40,542 nt of DNA from NCBI GenBank assembly GCA_020629095.1, contig JAHDDZ010000001.1, positions 1 through 40,542 on the forward strand, in the 5' to 3' direction. Positions within the stretch are counted from its first letter, which is position 1. Every line of letters begins with the position of its first letter. The DNA comes from Candidatus Altimarinota bacterium. GTDB lineage: Bacteria; Patescibacteriota; Gracilibacteria; UBA4473. Below the pieces are notes generated by a model. That model had not been told where the DNA came from. It was given only the letters and a program-made list of their open reading frames with translations, and ran no database searches. The translations under genes were made by a program, and so were the position numbers. Of this stretch, positions 7,573 through 16,205 are shown piece by piece.

Positions 7573-8604
7573 ATGGCAAACTACTATGATGACTTGGGCG
7601 TTGGCAAAAATGCGACCGAAAGTGAGATCAAAAAAGCATATCGCGCAAAGGCAAAACAGCATCACCCAGATAAAGGGGGGAATGAGGCTGACTTTAAGAA
7701 GATAAATGAGGCGTATGAGGTGCTAGGAAATACACAGAAAAAGGCGCAATATGATCAATTTGGAACAACTGGAAATGCTTCTGGTGGCGGCATGAATTAT
7801 GATTTTTCGGGAGGAGGATTTGGCGGATTTGAAGACATTTTTTCAAATATCTTTTCAGGTGGATTTGGTGGGCAGCAGCCCCGAAAGCAGCAAACTCGCG
7901 GAAGAGATTTGGAGACGACAATTCGCATTAGCTTTACTGATAGCTTAATGGGGGCGCGGCAGAGTTTAAACGCGCATACATTTGTGGCGTGTGGCACATG
8001 TGACGCTGCCGGAGGCAGTGACAAAACAGCCTGCGCGACGTGTGGCGGCAGGGGCTCTGTGACCCAAAAAATGCAAACGCCGTTGGGGGCTTTTCAGCAG
8101 CAAGTGCCGTGTCAAAGCTGCCGAGGGGAGGGGGTTTCATTTGCAAAAAAGTGCGCAAAGTGCGCTGGAGAGGGGCGAGTAAAAGAGCGCAGAACAGTTG
8201 AGGTAGAAGTGCCAGAAGGGGTGGAACATGGTCAAACGTTGCGGCTTGGTGGGCAGGGCGAGGCTGGCCGGCGTGGTGCACAGGCTGGAGACCTGTATGT
8301 GACGATTGAGGTGGCGCCGAGTAGTGAGTGGAAGCGCAAGGGGCTTGACCTCATTTCGCGTTTGCAGGTGCCAGTTTTTGAGGCGCTTTCTGGCGGTGTT
8401 TTCTCTGTTAAGACCTTTTGGGGAAATGTAGATATTACGGTTCCGGAACTGACAAAAGAGGGTACGCTGTTGCGGTTAAAAGGCAAAGGAGTGAAGTCAA
8501 GCGGTCGTGCCGGAGACCACTATGTGGAGGTTGAGTATGTGATGCCAAAACGAGTCAATACCAAGCTAAAAAAACTGCTTTCAGATGCAGCAAAAATGGC
8601 TTAA
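7573..8604 (+). CDS. dnaJ: Molecular chaperone DnaJ
   Basis: The J-domain reads YYDDLGV...HHPDKGG (HPD motif). A G/F-rich linker follows. Four CxxCxG-type zinc motifs are present (CGTCDAAGG, CATCGGRG, CQSCRGEG, CAKCAGEG). I chose the ATG at 7573 (MANYYDDLGV). Confidence 0.95.
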   Translation: MANYYDDLGVGKNATESEIKKAYRAKAKQHHPDKGGNEADFKKINEAYEVLGNTQKKAQYDQFGTTGNASGGGMNYDFSGGGFGGFEDIFSNIFSGGFGGQQPRKQQTRGRDLETTIRISFTDSLMGARQSLNAHTFVACGTCDAAGGSDKTACATCGGRGSVTQKMQTPLGAFQQQVPCQSCRGEGVSFAKKCAKCAGEGRVKERRTVEVEVPEGVEHGQTLRLGGQGEAGRRGAQAGDLYVTIEVAPSSEWKRKGLDLISRLQVPVFEALSGGVFSVKTFWGNVDITVPELTKEGTLLRLKGKGVKSSGRAGDHYVEVEYVMPKRVNTKLKKLLSDAAKMA

Positions 8605-8605
8605 A

Positions 8606-9649
8606 TTAGGCACGAAATTGGGCATGAGCACTTGCCAAATCATGGCTCGTAATGGCACATAAAAGCGATAATTCGGCACACAAAACGCCAGCTCCAATCA
8701 CCATTGCCAGCTCGTCTGCTGCTTTCCCAGTGCCATTTTTTTGAGTCAGCCCAATGGCCTGTAGCCACTTGTTTTGTGTTGGAAGCCTTGTTCCACCGCC
8801 CACTGTGCCGACCAGTATGCATGGCATTTCAATCGTTATTTTAATTCCAGTATCTGTCTGCTGCAGGATGGTCGTGCCAGTTGCGCCATCTGCTATGTGC
8901 GATGGGTCTTGACCAGTAGCAATGAAAACTCCGGCTAGGATATTTGCATGGTGCGCATTTTGGCCAATAGCCTTAGCCAGTCGTGAACCACTTTTGAGCT
9001 TAGCCTCAGAGACTATTAGCAGTTCCTTTGGGGTCGTTTTCAGTACCTCTGACAGCACTTTTATGCTGATCTCTGCACTTGTTTTTATCATGCGCCCACG
9101 GCCGCTTGTGGCATTTCGCAGGCTGGCTTTTTTGTCACTGCACAGGTTTCCGCTCGTCGCAATCAACGTGCCTCCCCATTCTGGGACCAGCAGCTCATCA
9201 CAGATTCGTTTTGCGCTAATTGTAGCCATATTCATGCCCATCGCATCGGCCGTGTCAAACTTCATTTCAACGTGCACAAATTCATCATCTGTTAGTACTT
9301 TTGCCCCGAGCCATTGTGTGTGTAAGCTTGTTTGTTTGATGCATTTTTGAACTGCATCTGCATTTTCTCTAAACCAATTTTCATACCATTCTTGAGACTT
9401 TTTATTTTTAATTTTAAATACTGGTGCACGTGTAATTCCAACTCGTTGTATAGATGAAATAGCCCCACCACAAAGGCTAATTGCTTTTGCGCCGCGGTTG
9501 GCAGATGCAACTAAACAGGCCTCTGTGGTCGCGATCGGCAGAGCATATTTGTTCCCATTTACTTGCATTTCTTTGACCAGCCCAACGGGCAGCTCAACCA
9601 CACCAGATATATTTTCGCAGTTTTGTTCGTATGCGCTCAAATCGCTCAT
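8606..9649 (-). CDS. Class I-type HMG-CoA reductase, minimal catalytic domain
   Basis: Motifs seen: ENISGVVELPVG, TTEACLVAS, DAMGMNM, GTVGGGT and a C-terminal His (SAHAQF). I chose the ATG at 9649 because it forms an ATGA overlap with the upstream stop. An alternative ATG lies at 9676. Confidence 0.88.
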   Translation of the reverse strand: MSDLSAYEQNCENISGVVELPVGLVKEMQVNGNKYALPIATTEACLVASANRGAKAISLCGGAISSIQRVGITRAPVFKIKNKKSQEWYENWFRENADAVQKCIKQTSLHTQWLGAKVLTDDEFVHVEMKFDTADAMGMNMATISAKRICDELLVPEWGGTLIATSGNLCSDKKASLRNATSGRGRMIKTSAEISIKVLSEVLKTTPKELLIVSEAKLKSGSRLAKAIGQNAHHANILAGVFIATGQDPSHIADGATGTTILQQTDTGIKITIEMPCILVGTVGGGTRLPTQNKWLQAIGLTQKNGTGKAADELAMVIGAGVLCAELSLLCAITSHDLASAHAQFRA

Positions 9650-10263
9650 GCTGGCATTATACGCGTCGGCACGCAATTGTCACCCGCAAGCCACTTTTGC
9701 AGCACATTTGGTACCCCGTGAGAGATGTGCACAATGGCCCCCATGGCGGCGCAAGATCTTGCTGCAGCCACCTTTGCAGCGATTCCGCCAGTAGCATCAT
9801 GATTTTTTCTTGCAAAAGAAATGTTATTTTGCAGTTCTGCAATTGGCTTCTTTTCAGTATCAAATAAGCATGCATCGCTTAAAAAAAGAACCCGCTGCGG
9901 CTGAAGCCGTTTGCACAGATGTACCATAACTGCGTCTGATCCAGTTACCTCTTTGGGCTCAATTACCCCACGAGTGAGTTGTCCAGTGGCTGATTTGTCA
10001 TATCGCACAGAGGGTAAATCAAGACCGCATTTTGCGGCTGTTTGCTGAATTTTGCGAGTTAGCTCCACCATATTTTTGTGGCCGACTTCTCTATCATTTT
10101 GCAGCAAAGGCGGGTGCCCCCAGCTACCACCTCCATGCAGAATTATTCCCTTGAAATTACTTGCCGCCAGAACCATAAAAATCCCTTCTAACGCCGCTTC
10201 GTCGTAACTTTTTTCAACCATTTTATCACTAAAAATACTGCCTCCAATTTTAATAATATCCAT
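9646..10263 (-). CDS. ipk: Isopentenyl phosphate kinase (amino-acid-kinase fold)
   Basis: Motifs seen: IKIGGSIFSDK, ILHGGGSWGHP (the IPK His motif), LFLSDACLFD and DATGGIAAKV. The ATG at 10263 overlaps the upstream TGA by 1 nt (TGATG). An alternative TTG lies at 10266. Confidence 0.78.
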   Translation of the reverse strand: MDIIKIGGSIFSDKMVEKSYDEAALEGIFMVLAASNFKGIILHGGGSWGHPPLLQNDREVGHKNMVELTRKIQQTAAKCGLDLPSVRYDKSATGQLTRGVIEPKEVTGSDAVMVHLCKRLQPQRVLFLSDACLFDTEKKPIAELQNNISFARKNHDATGGIAAKVAAARSCAAMGAIVHISHGVPNVLQKWLAGDNCVPTRIMPA

Positions 10264-11243
10264 CAAAAAAGGTGCTGATTTGTTGCAGTTGCTCCCTTTC
10301 CAATTGGCGAGCTGATAATTTTTTCTATACCATCTATTTTGGCTATCGCACTTTCAACAATTTTTTTGTTTTTTACAGGTGTTAAAACGTGCACCGTGCT
10401 GCCAGCATCAAGCGTCCAAGTCACTGAAATGCCATCTTTTTGTAGGTCATAAACAGCGGCAATGATGGCTCCTGTTGTTTGATTTGTATAATTTAAAGAC
10501 GGATTACCGCTCATCATAACGGCATGGAGGGCAAGTGCCTGAGATTCTGAAATGGCGAGAAAAGCACTAAAATCTTGTTGAGAAATAGCGTGCTGAAGTT
10601 GCCTTATTTGTGCCTCACTCATTGTGATTCGGGCTTTTTGCAACGGGCTTTTTGCAGCAAAATCATGCCCTTCGAGCGAGCCAATCTGTTTTGGTTTTGT
10701 GTCTGAAACGGCAATAATATCAACCAAATTCCATTCATTTTCACCTGCTATTTTTTCTGTTTTTCCAGTTTGGAAAAGTGCCCCCCAGCCATCATGAGCA
10801 CTTCTTAGGGCAGAACCACTTCCGGCGATATGCATTAGGTCAATATGCTGCATTGGAGCGATCAGAATAGCGCTGCAAGCCGCGTACCATAGGGCACAAA
10901 CCCCAGACGCAGAAGACGCAATTCCGGCACTCATGGGGAAGTTAAGCTGGCTTTTGGCTTTCCATTTATGGGTTATTTCAGCAGTTTTAGCGATGGCATT
11001 TACCATATCAAAAATCATTTGTGCACGTGCTGAACTAGTTGGGTCAAGCTGTACCTCTTCTCCTGTTTCGAGCTCTATTGTTAATGTATTCTCATCGTAG
11101 TCAGCATCAAAACAAATTGTTGTATGCGCGGTGCAGGAGGCTAAATTCATGCTCAAACTCGGGCTGGCCGGTAGTCGGCCCTGCGCATGGCCCCAGTGCT
11201 TAATGATAGCAATATTGGCCGGAGCAATTGCGCTAGCTTTCAT
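10263..11243 (-). CDS. Mevalonate diphosphate/phosphate decarboxylase homolog (GHMP family)
   Basis: APANIAIIKHWG corresponds to APVNIA.IKYWGK in known enzymes. NFPMSAGIASSASG, GSGSALRS and TLDAGST also match. I chose the ATG at 11243 (ATGA overlap with the idi stop); the track ORF starts at 11273. Confidence 0.85.
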   Translation of the reverse strand: MKASAIAPANIAIIKHWGHAQGRLPASPSLSMNLASCTAHTTICFDADYDENTLTIELETGEEVQLDPTSSARAQMIFDMVNAIAKTAEITHKWKAKSQLNFPMSAGIASSASGVCALWYAACSAILIAPMQHIDLMHIAGSGSALRSAHDGWGALFQTGKTEKIAGENEWNLVDIIAVSDTKPKQIGSLEGHDFAAKSPLQKARITMSEAQIRQLQHAISQQDFSAFLAISESQALALHAVMMSGNPSLNYTNQTTGAIIAAVYDLQKDGISVTWTLDAGSTVHVLTPVKNKKIVESAIAKIDGIEKIISSPIGKGATATNQHLF

Positions 11244-11800
11244 ACTTTTTGCTGATTTATATTTTCTTTCCACCAGTCGCTAAAGGCTTTATTGTGGTGC
11301 AATAAAAGTACTTCCTCTCGGCACCATGGGCTCAGGTGACTCCATTCTATCATCCTATTTTGCAGCAAATTGTTCCAATTTACCCACTGCGTTTTTGCCA
11401 CTTCGTCTGCATTTGGCTTGGGGGCATCTGACAAAGTTCCAACCCAAATTGGGCACCATTCGTGCTCCATGACTTCATCCATAGTGGCCCTATAACTATA
11501 GTTTGGCACCATCTCAATTATGCTTTTTGGTGAAACCCCAAGCTCAAATTGAGCTCTTCGCGTAACGGCATCAGTCATTTTTTCACCAGGTAGCGGGTGC
11601 CCACAAACTGAGTTGCTCCATACGCCAGGCCACGTTTTCTTGCTATGAGATCGTTGTTGCAGCAATAGTTTGCCGTCTGGAGAAAATAAAAAGCAAGAGA
11701 AAGCTTTATGCAGAGGCGTTTTTGAGCTATGAACAGTGGCTTTTAAGGTTGTGCCAATTTCATTCCAATTAGCATCGAGCAGGATGACTTCTTCGTTCAT
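11240..11800 (-). CDS. idi: Type 1 isopentenyl-diphosphate delta-isomerase (Nudix fold)
   Basis: Motifs seen: LHKAFSCFLF, LLLQQRSHSKKTWPGVWSNSVCGHP and EHEWCPIW. Length is 186 aa. Confidence 0.9.
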   Translation of the reverse strand: MNEEVILLDANWNEIGTTLKATVHSSKTPLHKAFSCFLFSPDGKLLLQQRSHSKKTWPGVWSNSVCGHPLPGEKMTDAVTRRAQFELGVSPKSIIEMVPNYSYRATMDEVMEHEWCPIWVGTLSDAPKPNADEVAKTQWVNWNNLLQNRMIEWSHLSPWCREEVLLLHHNKAFSDWWKENINQQKV

Positions 11801-12654
11801 AGGCTGATTATACTCGATAGGTGTGCCACGGCCAGTGGCCCAAAAAAGTACCAGAAGGCAATCATTCCCATAAGGGTGTTTATGACGGGAAGTCTCTTGT
11901 AGACAGCAAAAAGAGTGGAATTACTTTTCCAGCTTGTAAAAATAATAGTTGTATAGACTCCCATTCCAAGGATTCCTGCGAGTAGAGAATATTGCAGAGT
12001 AATCGCAAAAGTCGTCATCCATAAGGCCCACACATACATAAGCGTTCTGTGCTTGCCAAGAGTAGTAGCTGTAGTAGAAAGGCCCGCTTTCGTATCAGCG
12101 GGGATGTCTGGAATAGCACTATATGCATGCATTCCCACCATCATCGACCAAATTCCCACAAATGCAACCCAGTCTGACGGTTCAGTTGAAATAGACCAAT
12201 ATCCTATGAGTGCTGGGCAAGTATACAACACATTGCTAACCGAGTCAAGAAATGGCCGTGCCTTCAGTCGAACTGGCGGAAGAGAGTAGCTGAGTGACAA
12301 AATAAGCCAGCCCGCCCATGCCACCTGCGCAGCTATTGGAGTAATCAGCAGTAGTGGTACAACTGGCAGATGTAAGAGTAAGATCCACCACACCAATGGG
12401 CGCGTTTTACTGCTTTTGTGGCGGTTTTCATATCCATCTTTTTTTGCATTCAGTGCGTCTGTGTCTCGATCACTTATGTCATTTATGCCATATACTAGTA
12501 GATTTGCCGGCAGGGTAAAATATGCCAACCAAAGCCAAAAAGTGGGCGTCCAGAAGTCACCAACAGACTCTGCTCCGGCCGCCCAGCCTACGGCAAATGT
12601 CCCGGCTAAATACCCCCAAAACCGTGGCCGACTGGTCCTCAAAATCCATTTCAT
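11797..12654 (-). CDS. UbiA-family aromatic/polyprenyl prenyltransferase, possibly lycopene-elongase-like
   Basis: The protein is polytopic. It starts with SRPRFWGYLAG. The first Asp-rich motif is YGINDISDRDTDALNAKK and the second is AIPDIPADTKAGLSTTATTLG. It sits directly after crtB and crtI. The family call is firm; the substrate call is an inference. Confidence 0.75.
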   Translation of the reverse strand: MKWILRTSRPRFWGYLAGTFAVGWAAGAESVGDFWTPTFWLWLAYFTLPANLLVYGINDISDRDTDALNAKKDGYENRHKSSKTRPLVWWILLLHLPVVPLLLITPIAAQVAWAGWLILSLSYSLPPVRLKARPFLDSVSNVLYTCPALIGYWSISTEPSDWVAFVGIWSMMVGMHAYSAIPDIPADTKAGLSTTATTLGKHRTLMYVWALWMTTFAITLQYSLLAGILGMGVYTTIIFTSWKSNSTLFAVYKRLPVINTLMGMIAFWYFFGPLAVAHLSSIISL

Positions 12655-14168
12655 GAGAGATCAGTTAATGATGTGAGCATACTACCAGATCGGTCATTTA
12701 TGATGTATTTATAGGCCAATTGACTGCTGAGTAAGCTAATTGGCACTCCGATGCCGGGGTTTGTGCCAGCCCCTGTATACAGCAAATTTTCCACTTTTTT
12801 GCTTTTGGCAGGGGGTCTAAAACATGCCGTTTGCCTCAGTGTATGGGCCAATCCAAGCGCACTCCCACCATATGCGTTATATCTGTCTTTGAAGTCGCTG
12901 ATACTAAAACTTCGCTGAAACACAATTCGCTCGCGGAGGTTTTTTATCGGAAACTTTTCCTCCATATGCGCCAAAACGCGGTCGATTTCACGTGCCCTGG
13001 TGGCATCATCATCGAGTAATTTGGGACTTATTGGCACCAGTACAAATAGGTTTTCATGTCCATCTGGGGCAGTTTCTGGCTCAGTCTTGCTCGGGGCACA
13101 TACATACAAACTTGGCTCAGTTGGATATTTTGGGTTGATAAAAAGTTCATCAAAACCGCCTTTCCAGTCATCTGCAAAAATGAGATTATGGTGGACCAAA
13201 TGATCGCATTTCCCCTTTACCCCAAGATATAAAATGAGTCCACTGGGCGCCCATTTGCGCTTTTTCCAATACGGTTTTGAGTAGGTTCTATGCCGCTTTT
13301 TAGTTATCAGTTGTGTTTCTGTGAAGGCATAATCGGCATTGCTAATGACGATATCAGCATGCATTTCAGTTCCGTTTTGCAGCCGCACGCCCACCGCCTT
13401 TTTGTCTTCTATTAAAATCTCCGCCACTTCTGTGTTCAGCCGTATGTCTGCTCCGTGTTTTTTTGCAATGCCCGCAAACGACTTCATGACCGCGTGCAGA
13501 CCCCCTTTAGGGTACCACACCCCCATGTTGAAATCAATATGACTCATGAGGCTATAGATCGCAGGAGCATCATATGGTGAGGTGCCCAAGAATACCATTG
13601 CGTACTGCAAAATCCGCTGTATATGAGAGTTTTTTGTATATTTTTCTACGTGCTTTGCGAAGCTCGAAAAGACCCCCAGCTCCATTCCCATGCGGGCTGT
13701 GCGCAGGTTTATCAGATCAAAAATACTCTCATAATTCTTGCACATAAAATCACTCTTACTGATTTCATATTTCGTTTTTGCCTTCTCTAAGTACGCCAAA
13801 AGTCGTGGTGTGACACCTTTTTCAAATGCCTCAAAAGTAGGCAAATCTTTCTTCAAGTCACTAAAAATCGTAGTTGGGGGCGTCAGATCATTATTCCCCC
13901 ACCATATTTTATAGGCGGGATCAAGCTGTGTCAGCTCCAGCTGTTCCTCTACCTTTTCACCTAGCAGTGCATAAAAATCTGCAAATAAATCTGGCATTAA
14001 ATACCAACTGGGTCCCATATCAAAACGAAACCCATCAGCCTCGAAAAAACCTCCACGACCGCCTACGCACTCATTTTTTTCCACCACTGTCACCTGCGCC
14101 CCAGATCTTGCCAGTAAGGCTGCAGCTCCAAGCCCTCCGATGCCACTGCCGATAATTATTGTTTTCAT
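12651..14168 (-). CDS. crtI: Phytoene (or diapophytoene) desaturase, CrtI family
   Basis: The FAD motif reads IIIGSGIGGLGAAALLARSG..VVEKN..GGR. The C-terminus has YTGAGTNPGIGVP. I chose the ATG at 14168 (MKTIIIGSG), which forms an ATGA overlap with the crtB stop. The track ORF starts at 14198. Confidence 0.85.
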   Translation of the reverse strand: MKTIIIGSGIGGLGAAALLARSGAQVTVVEKNECVGGRGGFFEADGFRFDMGPSWYLMPDLFADFYALLGEKVEEQLELTQLDPAYKIWWGNNDLTPPTTIFSDLKKDLPTFEAFEKGVTPRLLAYLEKAKTKYEISKSDFMCKNYESIFDLINLRTARMGMELGVFSSFAKHVEKYTKNSHIQRILQYAMVFLGTSPYDAPAIYSLMSHIDFNMGVWYPKGGLHAVMKSFAGIAKKHGADIRLNTEVAEILIEDKKAVGVRLQNGTEMHADIVISNADYAFTETQLITKKRHRTYSKPYWKKRKWAPSGLILYLGVKGKCDHLVHHNLIFADDWKGGFDELFINPKYPTEPSLYVCAPSKTEPETAPDGHENLFVLVPISPKLLDDDATRAREIDRVLAHMEEKFPIKNLRERIVFQRSFSISDFKDRYNAYGGSALGLAHTLRQTACFRPPAKSKKVENLLYTGAGTNPGIGVPISLLSSQLAYKYIINDRSGSMLTSLTDLS

Positions 14169-15013
14169 GAAAAAAGGGCTAATCGGAGTTTTTGCCACTT
14201 GCTAAGCGAATAATTGCTGTGGTGCACATGGTACTCAGACTGCTCAATTTTGTCTAAATATGCCGAATAAAGCTGGCTCGCGGCTCGAACAGCCCACCGC
14301 CCACGAGGGTGCAATTTCTCTATTGCAGGGGCTGCTTCCGCATATAATTTTCTGGCACGTGCAGCCTGGAATTGCATAAAATCTGCCCATCCTTTTGGAT
14401 ATTCTTTTTTTGCAATATGTGCCTCCGTTATACCCCATTTTGCCATTTCGTCAGCCGGTAAATAAATTCGCCCGAGGTCAAAATAATCCTCTGAAATATC
14501 TCGTAAAAAATTTGTGAGTTGCATGGCATATCCCAGTTTTGCAGCCGCATTAAGTGTTTCTTTATCTGGAGGAGATCTATCTGCCATGCCAATGGCGTAG
14601 GTCATGAGCACGCCCACCGCGGCAGCAGATCCGTCCATATATGTACACAGATCGCTATAATTTGCATATCGATTTTTATGGGTGTCCATGCGCATTGCGG
14701 CCAAAAAAGAACTAGCGTGTTTTGGTGGCACTTTTAGCTCTTGGTGCAAACCTGCAGCTGCCAGGAGCACGGGGTGCGTTGTTGAGTCCACTCCTATTTG
14801 CGCCTTTTCCCATGCAGCCTCCCAGGCGCTCAGGGACTGTTTTTTGTTTTGTATTTCAGGGCTATCCACTATGTCATCTGGCAATCGAAAAAAGGCATAG
14901 ATGATGTAGGTACGGTCACGAAGCCACTTTGGAAATAGACGCGTTGCACTTGCGTAGGTTGGTCCACGATTGTGCATTATGGCTTTACAAAAGGCAATAT
15001 CATGCTTTTTCAT
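14165..15013 (-). CDS. crtB: Phytoene/squalene synthase family enzyme (CrtB/CrtM type)
   Basis: Asp-rich motifs FFRLPDDIVDS and NFLRDISEDY are present, plus YMDGSAAAVG. Length is 282 aa. Confidence 0.85.
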   Translation of the reverse strand: MKKHDIAFCKAIMHNRGPTYASATRLFPKWLRDRTYIIYAFFRLPDDIVDSPEIQNKKQSLSAWEAAWEKAQIGVDSTTHPVLLAAAGLHQELKVPPKHASSFLAAMRMDTHKNRYANYSDLCTYMDGSAAAVGVLMTYAIGMADRSPPDKETLNAAAKLGYAMQLTNFLRDISEDYFDLGRIYLPADEMAKWGITEAHIAKKEYPKGWADFMQFQAARARKLYAEAAPAIEKLHPRGRWAVRAASQLYSAYLDKIEQSEYHVHHSNYSLSKWQKLRLALFS

Positions 15014-15948
15014 GCGGTTCGATTCATTAAAAAGTGAAGCAAATCAAAGAGCGAGTTATGCTGTTTTTCACTCAGAGGGCAATTCTTTAGAAGTGTTAAA
15101 GCTGTTTCATGGTGCTTTTGTGCTACTTCTTGGGTGGCGGCATATGCGCCTATTTCGGCATAAAATGCATGAATTTGCTCTATGTTTTTTGTATCTAAAA
15201 TGGCTTTGTGCTTCTCTGGTTTTTGTATTTGTGCATAGGCTGTATAGTGCGTTGCCTTTCCCTCCATGATATCATTAAGCACAGGTTTTCCCACTTCCTC
15301 ACTGTCAGACTGGGTGTCTAGCAGGTCATCCATCAACTGAAATGCCGTTCCCACAGCAGTGCCCCATGCCTCTGCCCAAGCCAGTTGTTGATTCGTTGTT
15401 TTAGTGGCCATAAGGCCCAACTGTAAAGGGCGTGTCACAGAGTATGTTGCTGTCTTTAAATAGGTTTTTTGCAGCACATTCTCCATGCTGCTTTGCGGTG
15501 TTAATTGGGCATCGAGCACTTGTCCAGAGAGGACTTCGCGCTGAAGTGCGCTCCATGTTTTTTGCGCAGCTTCATGGGGGTTTGTTTTTGAAAAATACTC
15601 ATGAGAGAGCATCAGCAGCCAGTCACCAGACAGCAAAGCAAGGTCATTTCCAACCTCTGTATGAACCGTTTTGCTTCCTCGCCGCAGGGGGGAATTGTCC
15701 ATGATATCATCATGTACTAAGGCAAATCCATGCAACAGCTCAAGTGCAATTTGTAGGTTATTTCTAGAAAAATCATCTGCGCCAATGGCCGCAAGATATG
15801 GACGAATACGTTTCCCTCCACGGAGAACTAAATCAGCTGCAGGGGCAAATGCAACCTTGGCAGAGTCATGCGGTAATGCCAAAAGGCTATCAGAAAGGGC
15901 ATCTTTAAGGGTTTTTTGAAAGATATTTGCGTATGGAATTATTTTCAT
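15010..15948 (-). CDS. Polyprenyl diphosphate synthase (GGPP/FPP synthase type)
   Basis: The first Asp-rich motif is LVHDDIMDNSPLRRG and the second is FQLMDDLLD. I chose the ATG at 15948 (MKIIPYANIF, 312 aa) because it forms an ATGA overlap with the preceding small gene. The track ORF extends to 16104. Confidence 0.85.
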   Translation of the reverse strand: MKIIPYANIFQKTLKDALSDSLLALPHDSAKVAFAPAADLVLRGGKRIRPYLAAIGADDFSRNNLQIALELLHGFALVHDDIMDNSPLRRGSKTVHTEVGNDLALLSGDWLLMLSHEYFSKTNPHEAAQKTWSALQREVLSGQVLDAQLTPQSSMENVLQKTYLKTATYSVTRPLQLGLMATKTTNQQLAWAEAWGTAVGTAFQLMDDLLDTQSDSEEVGKPVLNDIMEGKATHYTAYAQIQKPEKHKAILDTKNIEQIHAFYAEIGAYAATQEVAQKHHETALTLLKNCPLSEKQHNSLFDLLHFLMNRTA

Positions 15949-16205
15949 AAAAGTGGCATCAAGGCAGGGGCATGGACTATTCTTCCATCTGGCAGTATAT
16001 TTTTTCGCATCATAATAATCTTCACTCTTTGTCCTTCCGCGCATGTATATCCTGGCATGATTGGAAAAATATGCTTTTTGGCTTCCAATTGAGTCAATGC
16101 CCAAGTACCACTATTTGAGGTCGTCACATGCAAAATGGTTCCACTCTTGCCTATAAACGCTTTATCTTTTTGCCACAAACGGTTTTGCTGCGTAGGGGAT
16201 ATCAT
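15945..16205 (-). CDS. Small DUF35/OB-fold acyl-CoA-associated protein homolog (86 aa, no zinc ribbon)
   Basis: This is the C-terminal 86 aa of track ORF 15945..16364, starting at the ATG at 16205. That ATG forms an ATGA overlap with the thiolase stop. The sequence is MISPTQQNRLWQKDKAFIGKSGTILHVTTSNSGTWALTQLEAKKHIFPIMPGYTCAEGQRVKIIMMRKNILPDGRIVHAPALMPLL. It has the G.G.v...T / v.L.e / iG..V pattern of the DUF35 OB domain. Its position after HMGCS and thiolase matches the archaeal gene order. Confidence 0.5.
   Translation of the reverse strand: MISPTQQNRLWQKDKAFIGKSGTILHVTTSNSGTWALTQLEAKKHIFPIMPGYTCAEGQRVKIIMMRKNILPDGRIVHAPALMPLL

Noticed and set aside
12651-15013. Interpreting the synthase/oxidase pair as the HpnC/HpnD/HpnE squalene route
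   Set aside because: That route needs two squalene-synthase-like paralogs, and only one is present here. The oxidase also has the length and C-terminal GAGTNPG motif of CrtI/CrtN. A C30 (CrtM/CrtN) alternative cannot be excluded, and the findings say so.
15949-16104. 52-codon N-terminal extension of the polyprenyl synthase ORF
   Set aside because: The extension has no resemblance to prenyl synthases. It overlaps a better-explained small DUF35-like gene in another frame. The ATG at 15948 gives a normal-length enzyme and an ATGA junction.
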